Below, in pieces: positions 46,671 to 55,840 of a DNA stretch of 64,000 bases. Every line of letters starts with the position of its first letter. Position 1 is the stretch's first letter. Below the pieces are notes generated by a model. The model was given only the letters and a program-made list of their open reading frames with translations. It made no database searches and was not told the DNA's origin. The DNA is from a virus. The stretch covers positions 1 to 64,000 of the IMG/VR virus record IMGVR_UViG_3300035001_000008, one strand, 5' to 3'. The position numbers and the translations under genes were made by a program.

Positions 46671-47069
46671 ATGATTTTCCTTTTAATTGAAAAATATCTA
46701 AAAGACTCAAGTATTGAAGTTACTAAAGTTAATAATTCACTGAGAGTTAAGTTATTAAACAGCACTGGATACTTTTATGCTGACATGGCGCTATCTGATG
46801 AGCATTTAGTTACAGTATCAGAACTACCTTACACTTTAGAATATGCGGGTAAGTCATCAGGGTATGGAGAAAAGGGTATTCTAACACTCAATACTAGATT
46901 AAACTCTGCTTGGTTAGCTACTCAAGACAATAAGTTAATTCTTAAAAGCACTCAACCAGAAAGAGATTTAACTAAATATACGCTCCTAAGAGATTTAGCT
47001 TACTTTGTTAAAGCACATGCCTATATTTGCTACAAAATTGAAAATGGTGTGATGGGTAAAAGAGAATAA
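46671..47069 (+). CDS. Hypothetical protein
   Basis: Co-oriented; followed by a terminator. Confidence 0.55.
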   Translation: MIFLLIEKYLKDSSIEVTKVNNSLRVKLLNSTGYFYADMALSDEHLVTVSELPYTLEYAGKSSGYGEKGILTLNTRLNSAWLATQDNKLILKSTQPERDLTKYTLLRDLAYFVKAHAYICYKIENGVMGKRE

Positions 47070-47073
47070 AAAC

Positions 47074-47097
47074 AAAGCCCCAATTAAGGGGCTTTTT
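47074..47097. terminator. Bidirectional terminator-like hairpin
   Basis: AAAGCCCC-AATTAA-GGGGCTTTTT. Confidence 0.75.
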
Positions 47098-47162
47098 AGT
47101 TTGATTTAATACTCTTATGTATAATCTTGTATCACGTTAGATATTTGTGTTAAAATTATAGA

Positions 47163-48356
47163 ATGAGAAACGTAGCCAAGGTTAGAATTTATCCCACTCC
47201 TGAGCAACAGCAGTTGTTAACGCAGTCTTTTGGTTGTGCTAGGTGGTTTTGGAATTATGCTCTAGCTTTGAATAACGAAACTTATAAAGAGACTGGAAAA
47301 GGTTTATCTAGGCAAGGCTATAACGACTTGCTGCCCGACTTAAAGAAAGAGCATCCTTGGTTAAAGGATTGCTATTCTCAAGTTTTGCAGTCTGTCAGCT
47401 TAAACTTGTCTAGGGCTTTTATCAACTTCTTTGAAGGACGGGCAAAATACCCTAACTTCAAGAGCAAGCATGGAAAACAATCTATCCAGTATCCTCAACA
47501 TGTTAAATTGCTAAATGGCAAAATTAAGCTACCTAAAATAGGAGAAGTTAAAGCAAAACTACACCGTACATTTGAAGGAAAGCTAAAGACTGTAACCATT
47601 AGCCTAAACAAAGCAGGTAAGTATCACGCTTCTTTATTGTTTGATGATGGTACACCTGATTTAGTGCCTAGCTCAGAAGGTAAAGCTATTGGAATTGACT
47701 TAGGGTTAACTCACTTCGCTATCACCTCAGATGGTTCTAAATATGATAACCCCAGACATTTAAGCAAGCGGGCTAAGAATCTAAAGCGTAAGCAACAGAA
47801 ACTATCTCGCAAACAAAAAGGGTCTGGTAAGCGTAACAAAGCCCGCAAGATTGTCGCACGGGTACATGATCGTATTGCCAATACTCGTAAAGATTTTCAG
47901 CATAAACTATCCCGTAAAATTGTTGACGAAAACCAAGTCATCATTACTGAGGATTTAGCTGTTAAGAACATGGTTAAAAATCACAATCTAGCCAAAGCAA
48001 TCTCTGATTGTGGATGGTCTAGCTTTACAACCATGCTCAAATACAAGGCCGAGAAAGAAGGTAAAGTCTATTTACAGATTGGTAGATTTTTTCCTTCAAG
48101 TAAGACTTGTAATGTATGCCTACATCAAGTTGATAGCTTATCTCTAAATATTCGTAGTTGGGAATGTCCTAGCTGTAAAACAAAGCATGATAGAGATGTG
48201 AATGCTGCTATCAATATCAGAGATGAAGGTCTAAGGATTCTAGCGTTAGGAACTAGCGCTACTGCCCAAGGAGGGAAGGTAAGTCCAAAGCGGGGGCGTA
48301 GGTCATCCGTAGAGGCTCATCCTGTTGAGTTGGGAAATCCAAAACTTACCATATAG
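47163..48356 (+). CDS. tnpB: RNA-guided endonuclease TnpB
   Basis: RIYPT..GCAR HTH; RuvC GIDLG, TEDL, HDRDVNAA; CNVC..CPSC zinc finger. Confidence 0.95.
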   Translation: MRNVAKVRIYPTPEQQQLLTQSFGCARWFWNYALALNNETYKETGKGLSRQGYNDLLPDLKKEHPWLKDCYSQVLQSVSLNLSRAFINFFEGRAKYPNFKSKHGKQSIQYPQHVKLLNGKIKLPKIGEVKAKLHRTFEGKLKTVTISLNKAGKYHASLLFDDGTPDLVPSSEGKAIGIDLGLTHFAITSDGSKYDNPRHLSKRAKNLKRKQQKLSRKQKGSGKRNKARKIVARVHDRIANTRKDFQHKLSRKIVDENQVIITEDLAVKNMVKNHNLAKAISDCGWSSFTTMLKYKAEKEGKVYLQIGRFFPSSKTCNVCLHQVDSLSLNIRSWECPSCKTKHDRDVNAAINIRDEGLRILALGTSATAQGGKVSPKRGRRSSVEAHPVELGNPKLTI

Positions 48357-48381
48357 ATTAGGTAAGTTTTGGATAGTTCAC
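48230..48381 (+). ncRNA. Predicted omegaRNA scaffold (5' end approximate)
   Basis: Standard TnpB layout: overlaps the CDS 3' end up to the right end; inferred. Confidence 0.5.
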
Positions 48382-48741
48382 TTAACTATCTTCTCTCCAA
48401 AATCCTACTACTTTAAGGTTTTTATTTAGACCCATAACACTATGTAAGACTTTACAGATAAGGTCTTTGTTAGCCTCAAAGTCTTTTTGAAGTTCATCGT
48501 CTAAAATACCATCCTCCTTAGCGGATTGATTCGCATATACACATAACTGAAATACCTTTTCCATATACATTGAATCAATGTGATCTGCTGATGTGTAATT
48601 AGCTAACTTAGTTAAAACAGTTGGGTTTACTGAATCATTAGCCCCTACAACATTAGAGAAATGAGCACCTACGTTTAATACAGTTTTATACAAAAAGTCA
48701 GCAGTCTTACCATCCCAATTGTCACCTTTAATTGTATTCAT
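48382..48741 (-). CDS. Hypothetical protein
   Basis: Downstream of thyX; stop codon abuts the IS right end. Confidence 0.6.
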   Translation of the reverse strand: MNTIKGDNWDGKTADFLYKTVLNVGAHFSNVVGANDSVNPTVLTKLANYTSADHIDSMYMEKVFQLCVYANQSAKEDGILDDELQKDFEANKDLICKVLHSVMGLNKNLKVVGFWREDS

Positions 48742-48752
48742 TGATTACCGTC

Positions 48753-49559
48753 CTAGGGTGCTAGCTTTGCCCGCTTAAATCGGTTCTTTTCGTAAAACTC
48801 CCAAACCTCAGGAACCCATTCTTCTAGATAAGGAACCATCAGTTCACAAAGCCATTGTATTTCAAGTTGGGCATCGGCCTTTGCCCTTAAGTCTAAAAAG
48901 TGTAGCAGACTTCTAAGGTTAAAGCTAACTACAAAGTGTTGTCTTACATCAAATGGAATTAAGCCTCTAGCATGTTCTTCTGAAAAACCTTGCTCAATCC
49001 TATCACGGTAATGAAAAGCAGCATTCATGGCTAGGTTAATATCTTCAGCCCTATCAGATTTTGTATATTCATACTTTTTACCCTTCCTATCGGTGTAAAA
49101 ACCCACAGGCCGTAGGTAGAACGTTTTCTCGATAGCTTCTAGTACGTCATCAGCCTCTATAGCATTGCAGATACGCTTACCAGAGTATCGAAAACTCTGC
49201 ACATCGAAAGAGGTAGAAATGCGATGTGTGCGGGCTTGCTGCATTACTGAATGGGGAAAATAGCCCACGTTGAATGTAATTTGCGGGTGTTCTATGACGC
49301 CCCAATGCCCAAACTTGACACAATGGCTAATTACCCGTCTACCAGCCTCAGACTCCTTTAGAATCTCACTAGGGTTCATCGGGTCTACCCATAGCCCGTT
49401 GTATGCTGTTACAGGTTCGACAGGATTAAACAACTCATCTGATACTAGTTTCTCTGAGTAGTCAGTATGCATAGCTGCATAACATAGCTTTTGCGGGTTG
49501 GGTGTTTTGGCTAACAACTCAACTCTAAATAATTTATCCATAAATCCCTTATATAACAA
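48753..49559 (-). CDS. thyX: Flavin-dependent thymidylate synthase
   Basis: GHWGVIEH, QARTHRISTSFDVQSFRY, EHARG.IP, NLRSLLHFLDLR, AQLEIQ. Confidence 0.95.
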   Translation of the reverse strand: MLYKGFMDKLFRVELLAKTPNPQKLCYAAMHTDYSEKLVSDELFNPVEPVTAYNGLWVDPMNPSEILKESEAGRRVISHCVKFGHWGVIEHPQITFNVGYFPHSVMQQARTHRISTSFDVQSFRYSGKRICNAIEADDVLEAIEKTFYLRPVGFYTDRKGKKYEYTKSDRAEDINLAMNAAFHYRDRIEQGFSEEHARGLIPFDVRQHFVVSFNLRSLLHFLDLRAKADAQLEIQWLCELMVPYLEEWVPEVWEFYEKNRFKRAKLAP

Positions 49560-49623
49560 GCGTTTACCATACCATTCTACTCTATCTAATGTTAAACTAG
49601 GGGAGTGATTAGGACTAAATTAA

Positions 49624-50439
49624 ATGAAATACGCAACGTCGCTATACTACGGTGGAAATCTAGTTAATGCTATTCAGTGCAAACATCAAGACTTTCTAAA
49701 AATTATACCGATGTGCCCTGAGTGCAAAGAACCCGTATTCCTTAGACAGGCATCTAAAACTGCTAGTGCTTGCTGGTGCCATTTTAAGGGAAGTAAGTCT
49801 GATATTGCACTGTGTGAGCTAAGGGTAAACAGTTATTCAGATAACAAGCGTAAAAGACTAGCTAATACAGCAAGAAATCAATTACTCGCATTGTTACGTA
49901 AACACTTTTGGAAAGTATGGCATTCCGAACCAAATAAAATAAAAACTCATGAACTGAATGAAGCTAACTTATTGACAAATCATAAGAGCGAATGGAAGAC
50001 TGAGCTTTATAAAATTATGTGGTGGCACCACATAAACCACGCTGAAAACTCTAAGCAGATGCTTGAGTTTTATATTAATCACTATCTCGTAGAAACTAGG
50101 AACTTTACAGATGGTATGAAAGGTGAGGATAACGTTTTAAGGGATCTTGAAAAGTGCTATCAAGAAAGTACGTTACTGCATAGACATTATCAACAAAACG
50201 TTGTAAGCGTGGTGTTTGATTTCTTGAGTACTGCAAAGACTCGCGAGATAACATGTGCTATGTATTTACTTGCCATACATAGCGCCAATACAATGGATGC
50301 TTTTAACTTAGGTGATAACGGAATATTAGACCTTAACTTACTCAAAACAAATAAAGATGTGAGGTTCAAGCTTACTGAAAACGTTTTAATTTCTCTTACA
50401 GTTGCACCTTGGTGGGATATGTTGAGGGAGGTTATTTAA
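49624..50439 (+). CDS. Protein with CoiA-like N-terminal zinc finger
   Basis: CPECKEPVFLR...WCHF...CELR. Confidence 0.55.
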   Translation: MKYATSLYYGGNLVNAIQCKHQDFLKIIPMCPECKEPVFLRQASKTASACWCHFKGSKSDIALCELRVNSYSDNKRKRLANTARNQLLALLRKHFWKVWHSEPNKIKTHELNEANLLTNHKSEWKTELYKIMWWHHINHAENSKQMLEFYINHYLVETRNFTDGMKGEDNVLRDLEKCYQESTLLHRHYQQNVVSVVFDFLSTAKTREITCAMYLLAIHSANTMDAFNLGDNGILDLNLLKTNKDVRFKLTENVLISLTVAPWWDMLREVI

Positions 50440-52127
50440 TAATGGATACCGTTCAACTAGGATTACTTGAATACCATGCAATACCCGCTAAAAATGTAGT
50501 TATTCAAAAAGCAGCAACGTTAAGTATAATTGACTCCCTTAAGCAACCTCAATTAGAAATAGTTGAAAGTGCTTATATAAAAGTAGCTAATGGTTACAAA
50601 AAAATACTATTAGTTGCGCTGATGGGAGTCGGGAAGACGATCCTTGCTGGTTGGATAATTAGAGATGCCGTTAAAGCTTCTAAAGAGTGTGTGTTCTTTG
50701 TTCACTTCGACACGCTAGTTAATCAAACTGTAGAAGAATTTAGCCGATTAGGGTTAACGGCTAATGTTTTGCAAGGTAATAAAAAGTTTAACAAGCATTC
50801 ATGTGTTGCTGTTGTTTCAATTCAGTCCCTTGAATCTAAATTAAAAAAGGGTGCTTCTGTATCAGACATTCTAGGGCATAGAGATGTTTTATTTTTTGAT
50901 GAATGTCACGAATTAGCTTTTAGAGAATCGTTTGATTTAATTGATAAGCATTACCCCGATGCAATTAAGTTTGGTTTAACGGCTACACCTTGGCGATTGT
51001 CTAAGAAGGAATGGTTAGGGCAGAAATTTGAGACTACTGTAGAGGGTTGGCAACCGCCTAAGTTGATTAAGGAGGGTATTAGCGTACATGCCAGGTGCTA
51101 TGCCATTGGCGGGGGTGTTATCCACGTTACAGAGGCCGATGTAGGCTTTGATGGGGATTACTCTGAAGGGTTGATGGGTAAGCAGGCTAGTGAGGATGCA
51201 GCGCTAGAGTATACATTTCAGGAATGGCAACGCTTGAGCGGTGATAGACCCACGATCATGGTAGGCTCTACCATTGAACAAGCTAAGGCCACTACCGCGA
51301 AGTTTCTAGAGCATGGCATCCCTACTGAGATGGTTATAGGATCTACCTCTAAGAAGCAACGCAAGGATATCTTTGCTAGGGTTGCCTGTGGTCAGACTCA
51401 AGTTATAACGTCTGTGGGTGCCCTGGTAGCTGGGTTTAATCTACCCATCCTCTCATCCATACTATTTGTCAGAGCTACTAAATCAAAGTCTCTGTTCTTT
51501 CAGTGCTGTGGTCGCCCAGCAAGGTCTTATCCTGGTAAGGAAGACTACCTAATTTTAGACTTTGGAGGTAACTTAAAACGTTTTGGCAATCCTATGGATT
51601 TTCAGGACTATTCAATCGATGGTGAAATGCCTGAAGATAACGGAGAATCATTCAAAGATTGTCCTAACTGTGGTCATACGCAGAGAGTATTTAACTCTAA
51701 GTGTGAAAAGTGCGGATATGAATTTAATTCACCTGAAGAAGAAATAGAAGAGGAAACCCATTACCAAGAGTTAGTCGAATATACAAATGGATTAACCAAA
51801 CAAAAGATTAAAAATATCAGAGCTTGGCGTAAGATGGCATTTAAGCAATGGTCTATTAATAGACAAGCTTCAGATACTACATCGCCTGATAGAGCTATTC
51901 AATTATTTTTAGATGAGTACGGACATAACCCACCAGCAGACTGGATTATTAATTCAGCTCTTACCCGTAGGTACTCAAAATCAAAACTACGTGATTACAT
52001 TGCTTACTTAAAAGCTCACATTAAAAATCCTAAGTATGCAAAAGGATGGTTAAACTATCATTATCGACTTGAAACAGGGCAAGATATACCGGATAATCAA
52101 TTAGATTTGTTATTGAGGGATGTTTGA
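50409..52127 (+). CDS. SF2 DEAD/DEAH helicase with C-terminal zinc ribbon
   Basis: GVGKT, DECH, TATP, QCCGRPAR, CPNC..CEKC. Confidence 0.93.
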   Translation: MVGYVEGGYLIMDTVQLGLLEYHAIPAKNVVIQKAATLSIIDSLKQPQLEIVESAYIKVANGYKKILLVALMGVGKTILAGWIIRDAVKASKECVFFVHFDTLVNQTVEEFSRLGLTANVLQGNKKFNKHSCVAVVSIQSLESKLKKGASVSDILGHRDVLFFDECHELAFRESFDLIDKHYPDAIKFGLTATPWRLSKKEWLGQKFETTVEGWQPPKLIKEGISVHARCYAIGGGVIHVTEADVGFDGDYSEGLMGKQASEDAALEYTFQEWQRLSGDRPTIMVGSTIEQAKATTAKFLEHGIPTEMVIGSTSKKQRKDIFARVACGQTQVITSVGALVAGFNLPILSSILFVRATKSKSLFFQCCGRPARSYPGKEDYLILDFGGNLKRFGNPMDFQDYSIDGEMPEDNGESFKDCPNCGHTQRVFNSKCEKCGYEFNSPEEEIEEETHYQELVEYTNGLTKQKIKNIRAWRKMAFKQWSINRQASDTTSPDRAIQLFLDEYGHNPPADWIINSALTRRYSKSKLRDYIAYLKAHIKNPKYAKGWLNYHYRLETGQDIPDNQLDLLLRDV

Positions 52128-52495
52128 TGAAAGTCTATATAATTCAAGATTACGATTACGCAGAGTCAACAAATACATTTGGCGCTGTCATGTCACATGA
52201 AGCCTTAAATATACAAAACCTTTGGGATGAGTTTAGGCGTATTTATAAAGTTCCACTTGAAAACGCTAATAAGTGGAACTTTGAACTGAGTGATTACAGC
52301 ATTAAAGCTTTTGATAAATTAAAGGCGGATGGTATTATTGAGGTTAAGTGCTCTAATAACTTTAGCCCAGATTCTTTTATACCTTACTTTGTTGATTGGC
52401 TGCTTAAACGTAAGGGATGTTTATTAGTAGACTTTGAGTATTCTAAAGTTGCAACTAAAACTAAGTATCTGAAAGAGTCTAGAAAATCAACTTGA
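52124..52495 (+). CDS. Hypothetical protein
   Basis: Overlaps the helicase stop. Confidence 0.55.
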   Translation: MMKVYIIQDYDYAESTNTFGAVMSHEALNIQNLWDEFRRIYKVPLENANKWNFELSDYSIKAFDKLKADGIIEVKCSNNFSPDSFIPYFVDWLLKRKGCLLVDFEYSKVATKTKYLKESRKST

Positions 52496-52509
52496 TTTAC
52501 TTTTAAGGG

Positions 52510-52761
52510 ATGTCGAATACCATGAATTGTAAATTTGATATTTCCGTCAATAAATATGAAGACACTTTTATTGCTTACTCAAAAGCGTTTAACTTGCGTG
52601 GAGTATCTAATACAAAAGATGGTGCTCTTAAAGCTCTATCATCCAACCTACATGCAGACTATAAAAGCCTATCAAGTGAAAAGCTTGAAGACCTAGATAA
52701 AAGTGCAATTAAATTACTTGAGTTGTATAAATTAGTGTTTGGGATTTTTGGTAATGCTTAA
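52510..52761 (+). CDS. Hypothetical protein (HicB-N-like appearance)
   Basis: FIAYSKAFNLRGVSNTKDGALKAL resembles the HicB N-terminal pattern; weak. Confidence 0.4.
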   Translation: MSNTMNCKFDISVNKYEDTFIAYSKAFNLRGVSNTKDGALKALSSNLHADYKSLSSEKLEDLDKSAIKLLELYKLVFGIFGNA

Positions 52762-52921
52762 ATACAACGTCTATGTAAATGGTAAATACCATCACTCTAA
52801 TGCTTCCTTTAAAGATTACACTCATGATGTTGGCAAAGAAGGTATTAACTCAATAGGAACAACTACAGCCGTAGTAAAGGTTGAAGTTATTGGCAGTAAT
52901 GGCGATAGAATATGGTTTTAA
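52739..52921 (+). CDS. Hypothetical protein
   Basis: Short co-oriented ORF. Confidence 0.4.
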   Translation: MGFLVMLKYNVYVNGKYHHSNASFKDYTHDVGKEGINSIGTTTAVVKVEVIGSNGDRIWF

Positions 52922-53071
52922 TTTCGGTTAAACCGATAAAACTATTCGGTTTTCAATAATTAACCCTTGAATTTTGATTGATTAAAATTGAATAGTAGAG
53001 TTCAATTAGTATTATGGGTGCTATTAAAAAAGAAGTATTTAACTCTGGATGCCCACCTTAACAACATTAAG

Positions 53072-53098
53072 AACCCCTAGCCATAAACTAGGGGTTTT
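53072..53098. terminator. Terminator-like hairpin between convergent genes
   Basis: AACCCCTAG-CCATAAA-CTAGGGGTTTT. Confidence 0.75.
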
Positions 53099-53101
53099 GT
53101 T

Positions 53102-53605
53102 TTATACATATTTAACAAACCTATTCCATACATTCACTACAGGTTTACCAGTAGCCTCAGCATACTTAATGCAATTGTAAGTACCCCCATCCTCAACACC
53201 ATCCCACAGGGCTATCATTTTATTTGAGTTATCGACAATGGCTTTATTACGGTGCTGAAACTTCCATGCTGAATAAGGGGGAGGTGAACAGTAGTTAACC
53301 TCAGTAGCATAACTAAGTAAATTAAAGTAGATATCCTTGTCTGACTTATTCCATACACTTTCTTGACCCTCAAAGGGCACCATAGCGATTAAAGGTAATC
53401 CTAGTAGCTTTGCCACCTTAGCGGCGGCTATATCCAGCCCTAGAGCCATACCGCTAACTATATTTAAATCGCATCCAATCAACTCAATTTCAAGTTGAAT
53501 TACAGCAGTCATTAAATCTACTAAACGGTTGTCTATATTGGCAGAGTGCTTAATTAAGCGCTGTCTGCGATGGCCTGTAAAACCTAGCGATGTAAGGTGA
53601 ATCAT
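53102..53605 (-). CDS. SLOG family protein (DUF1273/YspA-like)
   Basis: GFTGHR, SGMALGLD, VPFEGQE, RNKAIVD, WDG..GGT. Confidence 0.9.
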   Translation of the reverse strand: MIHLTSLGFTGHRRQRLIKHSANIDNRLVDLMTAVIQLEIELIGCDLNIVSGMALGLDIAAAKVAKLLGLPLIAMVPFEGQESVWNKSDKDIYFNLLSYATEVNYCSPPPYSAWKFQHRNKAIVDNSNKMIALWDGVEDGGTYNCIKYAEATGKPVVNVWNRFVKYV

Positions 53606-53693
53606 TGAATAAAGTTTATTTAATTCCTGCTATGTCTATTTTACACCTTATCTAAAGGCTGTGTTATATTAGACAAAGTTAAAGGACATTTAA

Positions 53694-53957
53694 ATGCTAA
53701 CTAAAACTTCTCTAATCGACCAACTAGACGACGTTACAGCTAAATCAGAAACGCTTGAATCTAAGGTATCTACCCTAACCGATGCCCTTGATTCAGTTCA
53801 ATACGTTCTAGCTTGTCTGTGTCGTGCTAAATGTATTGAGCCTACAGACTTTGGACACACGGCTATCGACGTAGTTAATAAATCAATTGACTCTGAATTT
53901 ATATCAGCGCTTATCGCTGAACATGGCGAGGATGGATTAATTGAATTAATGGCTTGA
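53694..53957 (+). CDS. Hypothetical coiled-coil protein
   Basis: AAGGA RBS. Confidence 0.55.
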   Translation: MLTKTSLIDQLDDVTAKSETLESKVSTLTDALDSVQYVLACLCRAKCIEPTDFGHTAIDVVNKSIDSEFISALIAEHGEDGLIELMA

Positions 53958-53981
53958 CATTCAATCTATAGCCTATATAAT
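53954..53981 (+). promoter_or_regulatory. Consensus sigma70 promoter overlapped by the operator-like palindrome
   Basis: TTGACA-N16-TATAAT. Confidence 0.75.
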
Positions 53982-54140
53982 ATTAGACAGGGGTAACACC
54001 CTGTTTTTTATTTAAGGAACCTAATATGCCTGTTACTTTTTTGACCGATACCGAATTGTTTGCTGTCCTATCTAACCCACTAAATCCCGACTATAGTACT
54101 GAATATTATGTTTCAGCTACTAATGAACTGAGTAAGCGTC

Positions 54141-54434
54141 ATGCATTTATCAAACTACAAGATGGCCTGGGCAATGCCCAGTAGCACCGTAAAGACCCCC
54201 TTACCTTTAAGGCAGTCTATTCTAGCTAACCCTATATTCCATCAGTTCTTAGCCTGTTATAGAAGGTCTGACGATAAACCTAACTACTATCCCATGTGGG
54301 TTAAATATAATCCTTTCAACTTAGATTGGGGACATCTAAAAAAGTTAGGTATTCAAACTATCAACACTGGAAAACTACCTCCTTACTTTACTTTTGAACA
54401 ACTTCTAAATGCTGTAGGCTATCAAATAAATTAA
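54141..54434 (+). CDS. Hypothetical protein
   Basis: Followed by a terminator; start uncertain. Confidence 0.45.
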   Translation: MHLSNYKMAWAMPSSTVKTPLPLRQSILANPIFHQFLACYRRSDDKPNYYPMWVKYNPFNLDWGHLKKLGIQTINTGKLPPYFTFEQLLNAVGYQIN

Positions 54435-54440
54435 ACTCTT

Positions 54441-54462
54441 AGCCCCTATAAAGGGGCTTTTT
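54441..54462 (+). terminator. Intrinsic terminator
   Basis: AGCCCC-TATAAA-GGGGCT-TTTT. Confidence 0.75.
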
Positions 54463-54522
54463 CGTGCTTACCGTACTTATCAGTAACAGCCCTTAGGTTA
54501 AAATTAAAATAAAAGGTAAACT

Positions 54523-54828
54523 ATGGATGCTGAAACTGAATTTAAGTTAATTACTGACTTTAAGGCTTTGACAAAAGAAGACCTTGAAAGAATTGCTTTG
54601 CAATTGACAAAAGCTTATAACAATTCCACTAACTTAAATAGTCAAGCTTCAGTTAAACTTGCATTGCAAGCTGATGTAATTAATAGTTTAATGGCTGAGG
54701 TTGAAAGATCTTCACCATTGCTAGAAGGTGCCGAAAAGATTAAAAAAGCGTTTAGCTTTTGGGTACTTTATTCAATGTTAACGACTGTTGGAATATTGGC
54801 AATGTTTATCCTGGTACTGTTCAAATAA
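54523..54828 (+). CDS. Coiled-coil protein with C-terminal TM helix
   Basis: Hydrophobic C-terminus. Confidence 0.55.
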   Translation: MDAETEFKLITDFKALTKEDLERIALQLTKAYNNSTNLNSQASVKLALQADVINSLMAEVERSSPLLEGAEKIKKAFSFWVLYSMLTTVGILAMFILVLFK

Positions 54829-54859
54829 AAACCCTAGGGGTTAGCTAGGGTAGAGTGAT

Positions 54860-55321
54860 TTAAGGAACAAATGCGCCTGACTGTATATCAAGTAAATCTT
54901 GCTTAGCTATGGCGTATTTTCTATTACGCTTAATATCTTTCTCAGTCACATTAGGCAGTCTACTTAAATCCATATTATCTTCTAAGTCTGCCAATTTAAC
55001 TTTAATAGCATCGGGATTAAAACCGATTACCCTTGTGATGTAAGCATCATAGTCAATTCCTATAACTTTAGTCATAGCTTTTAGACCAGCAATAACCCTA
55101 TCACTGAAGCCCGCCGCTTTGATGTCTTCAAGGGTCACATCTGAATCTTCAATCACATCATGCATAACCGCTATACATTGAAGTTCAATATCATCAGGGT
55201 ATTTAGTTTTAACAGTATCCAATACTCTTAGGGGATGCTCAATATAATCTTTACCAGCTTTGTCTAGTTGCCCTTTATGAGCATTAGATGCCATCTCAAT
55301 AGCTACGTCTAAGTCAGTCAT
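54860..55321 (-). CDS. HD-domain hydrolase, SpoT/Mesh1-like (small alarmone hydrolase family)
   Basis: AHKGQLDKAGKDYIEHP, MHDVIED, VKLADLEDN. Confidence 0.88.
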   Translation of the reverse strand: MTDLDVAIEMASNAHKGQLDKAGKDYIEHPLRVLDTVKTKYPDDIELQCIAVMHDVIEDSDVTLEDIKAAGFSDRVIAGLKAMTKVIGIDYDAYITRVIGFNPDAIKVKLADLEDNMDLSRLPNVTEKDIKRNRKYAIAKQDLLDIQSGAFVP

Positions 55322-55402
55322 TTTAGTTACCCTTTATTACTCTTCCATTATACCAAACCTAAAATAGAAAAACCCTTAATTAAAAGGGTTTGTTGAATCT
55401 AT

Positions 55403-55615
55403 TTAGTTGTTAATGACTAATTTAATTTCAATAAGACTAATTTTGTAAGGGCTGTCATCATTTTCATAAAAATGTTGCAATTCAGTCGTATACAATTGTT
55501 CTACAGAATGCAAGCAATCACTTTTGTTTTTAGAGGCCGTGTCTAGATAAACGGCATCTGAAGTTGTGTTATGGAATACCCAATACTTAGGCGTAAACTT
55601 TTGAGTACTTTTCAT
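55403..55615 (-). CDS. Hypothetical protein
   Basis: Co-oriented small ORF. Confidence 0.5.
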   Translation of the reverse strand: MKSTQKFTPKYWVFHNTTSDAVYLDTASKNKSDCLHSVEQLYTTELQHFYENDDSPYKISLIEIKLVINN

Positions 55616-55800
55616 TTAATTAATTCCTTAATCTAGATTAGTTTTGATTAATACACCGTCGCTAAACTCAAATTGACTATTTAATACGTCTGAAGTGTCT
55701 CGCCTATACACATGCTCAAGTCTTACTTGATAATGTTTAGGTAAGTCTTGACCTTTGATTACTCCGTTAAGTTTATTCATTCGTTTTCCTTTAATTAAAT

Positions 55801-55820
55801 TAAACCCCGCTTATGCGGGG
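55801..55820 (-). terminator. Terminator after ssb
   Basis: CCCCGC-ATAA-GCGGGG-TTTA on the minus strand. Confidence 0.65.
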
Positions 55821-55840
55821 AATTGACTACTTTAGTTTGC

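Larger units (their letters stand above)
47106..48381 (+). mobile_element. Solo-tnpB (IS1341-like) element, boundaries inferred
   Basis: TTGAT at 47101-47105; 3' hairpin CTTACC..GGTAAG then TTCAC ending at 48381; no tnpA. Confidence 0.7.

Noticed and set aside
47163-48356. Type V CRISPR effector or nuclease-dead TldR
   Set aside because: No array or cas genes; typical TnpB size; all three RuvC acidic residues present.
52510-52921. HicAB toxin-antitoxin pair
   Set aside because: Only a weak HicB-N resemblance; the neighbour lacks a convincing HicA motif.
52924-52951. TCGGTT-A-AACCGA plus a third TCGGTT half-site as an operator
   Set aside because: Seen only once, lies downstream of convergent genes, and is equally explained as a weak hairpin.
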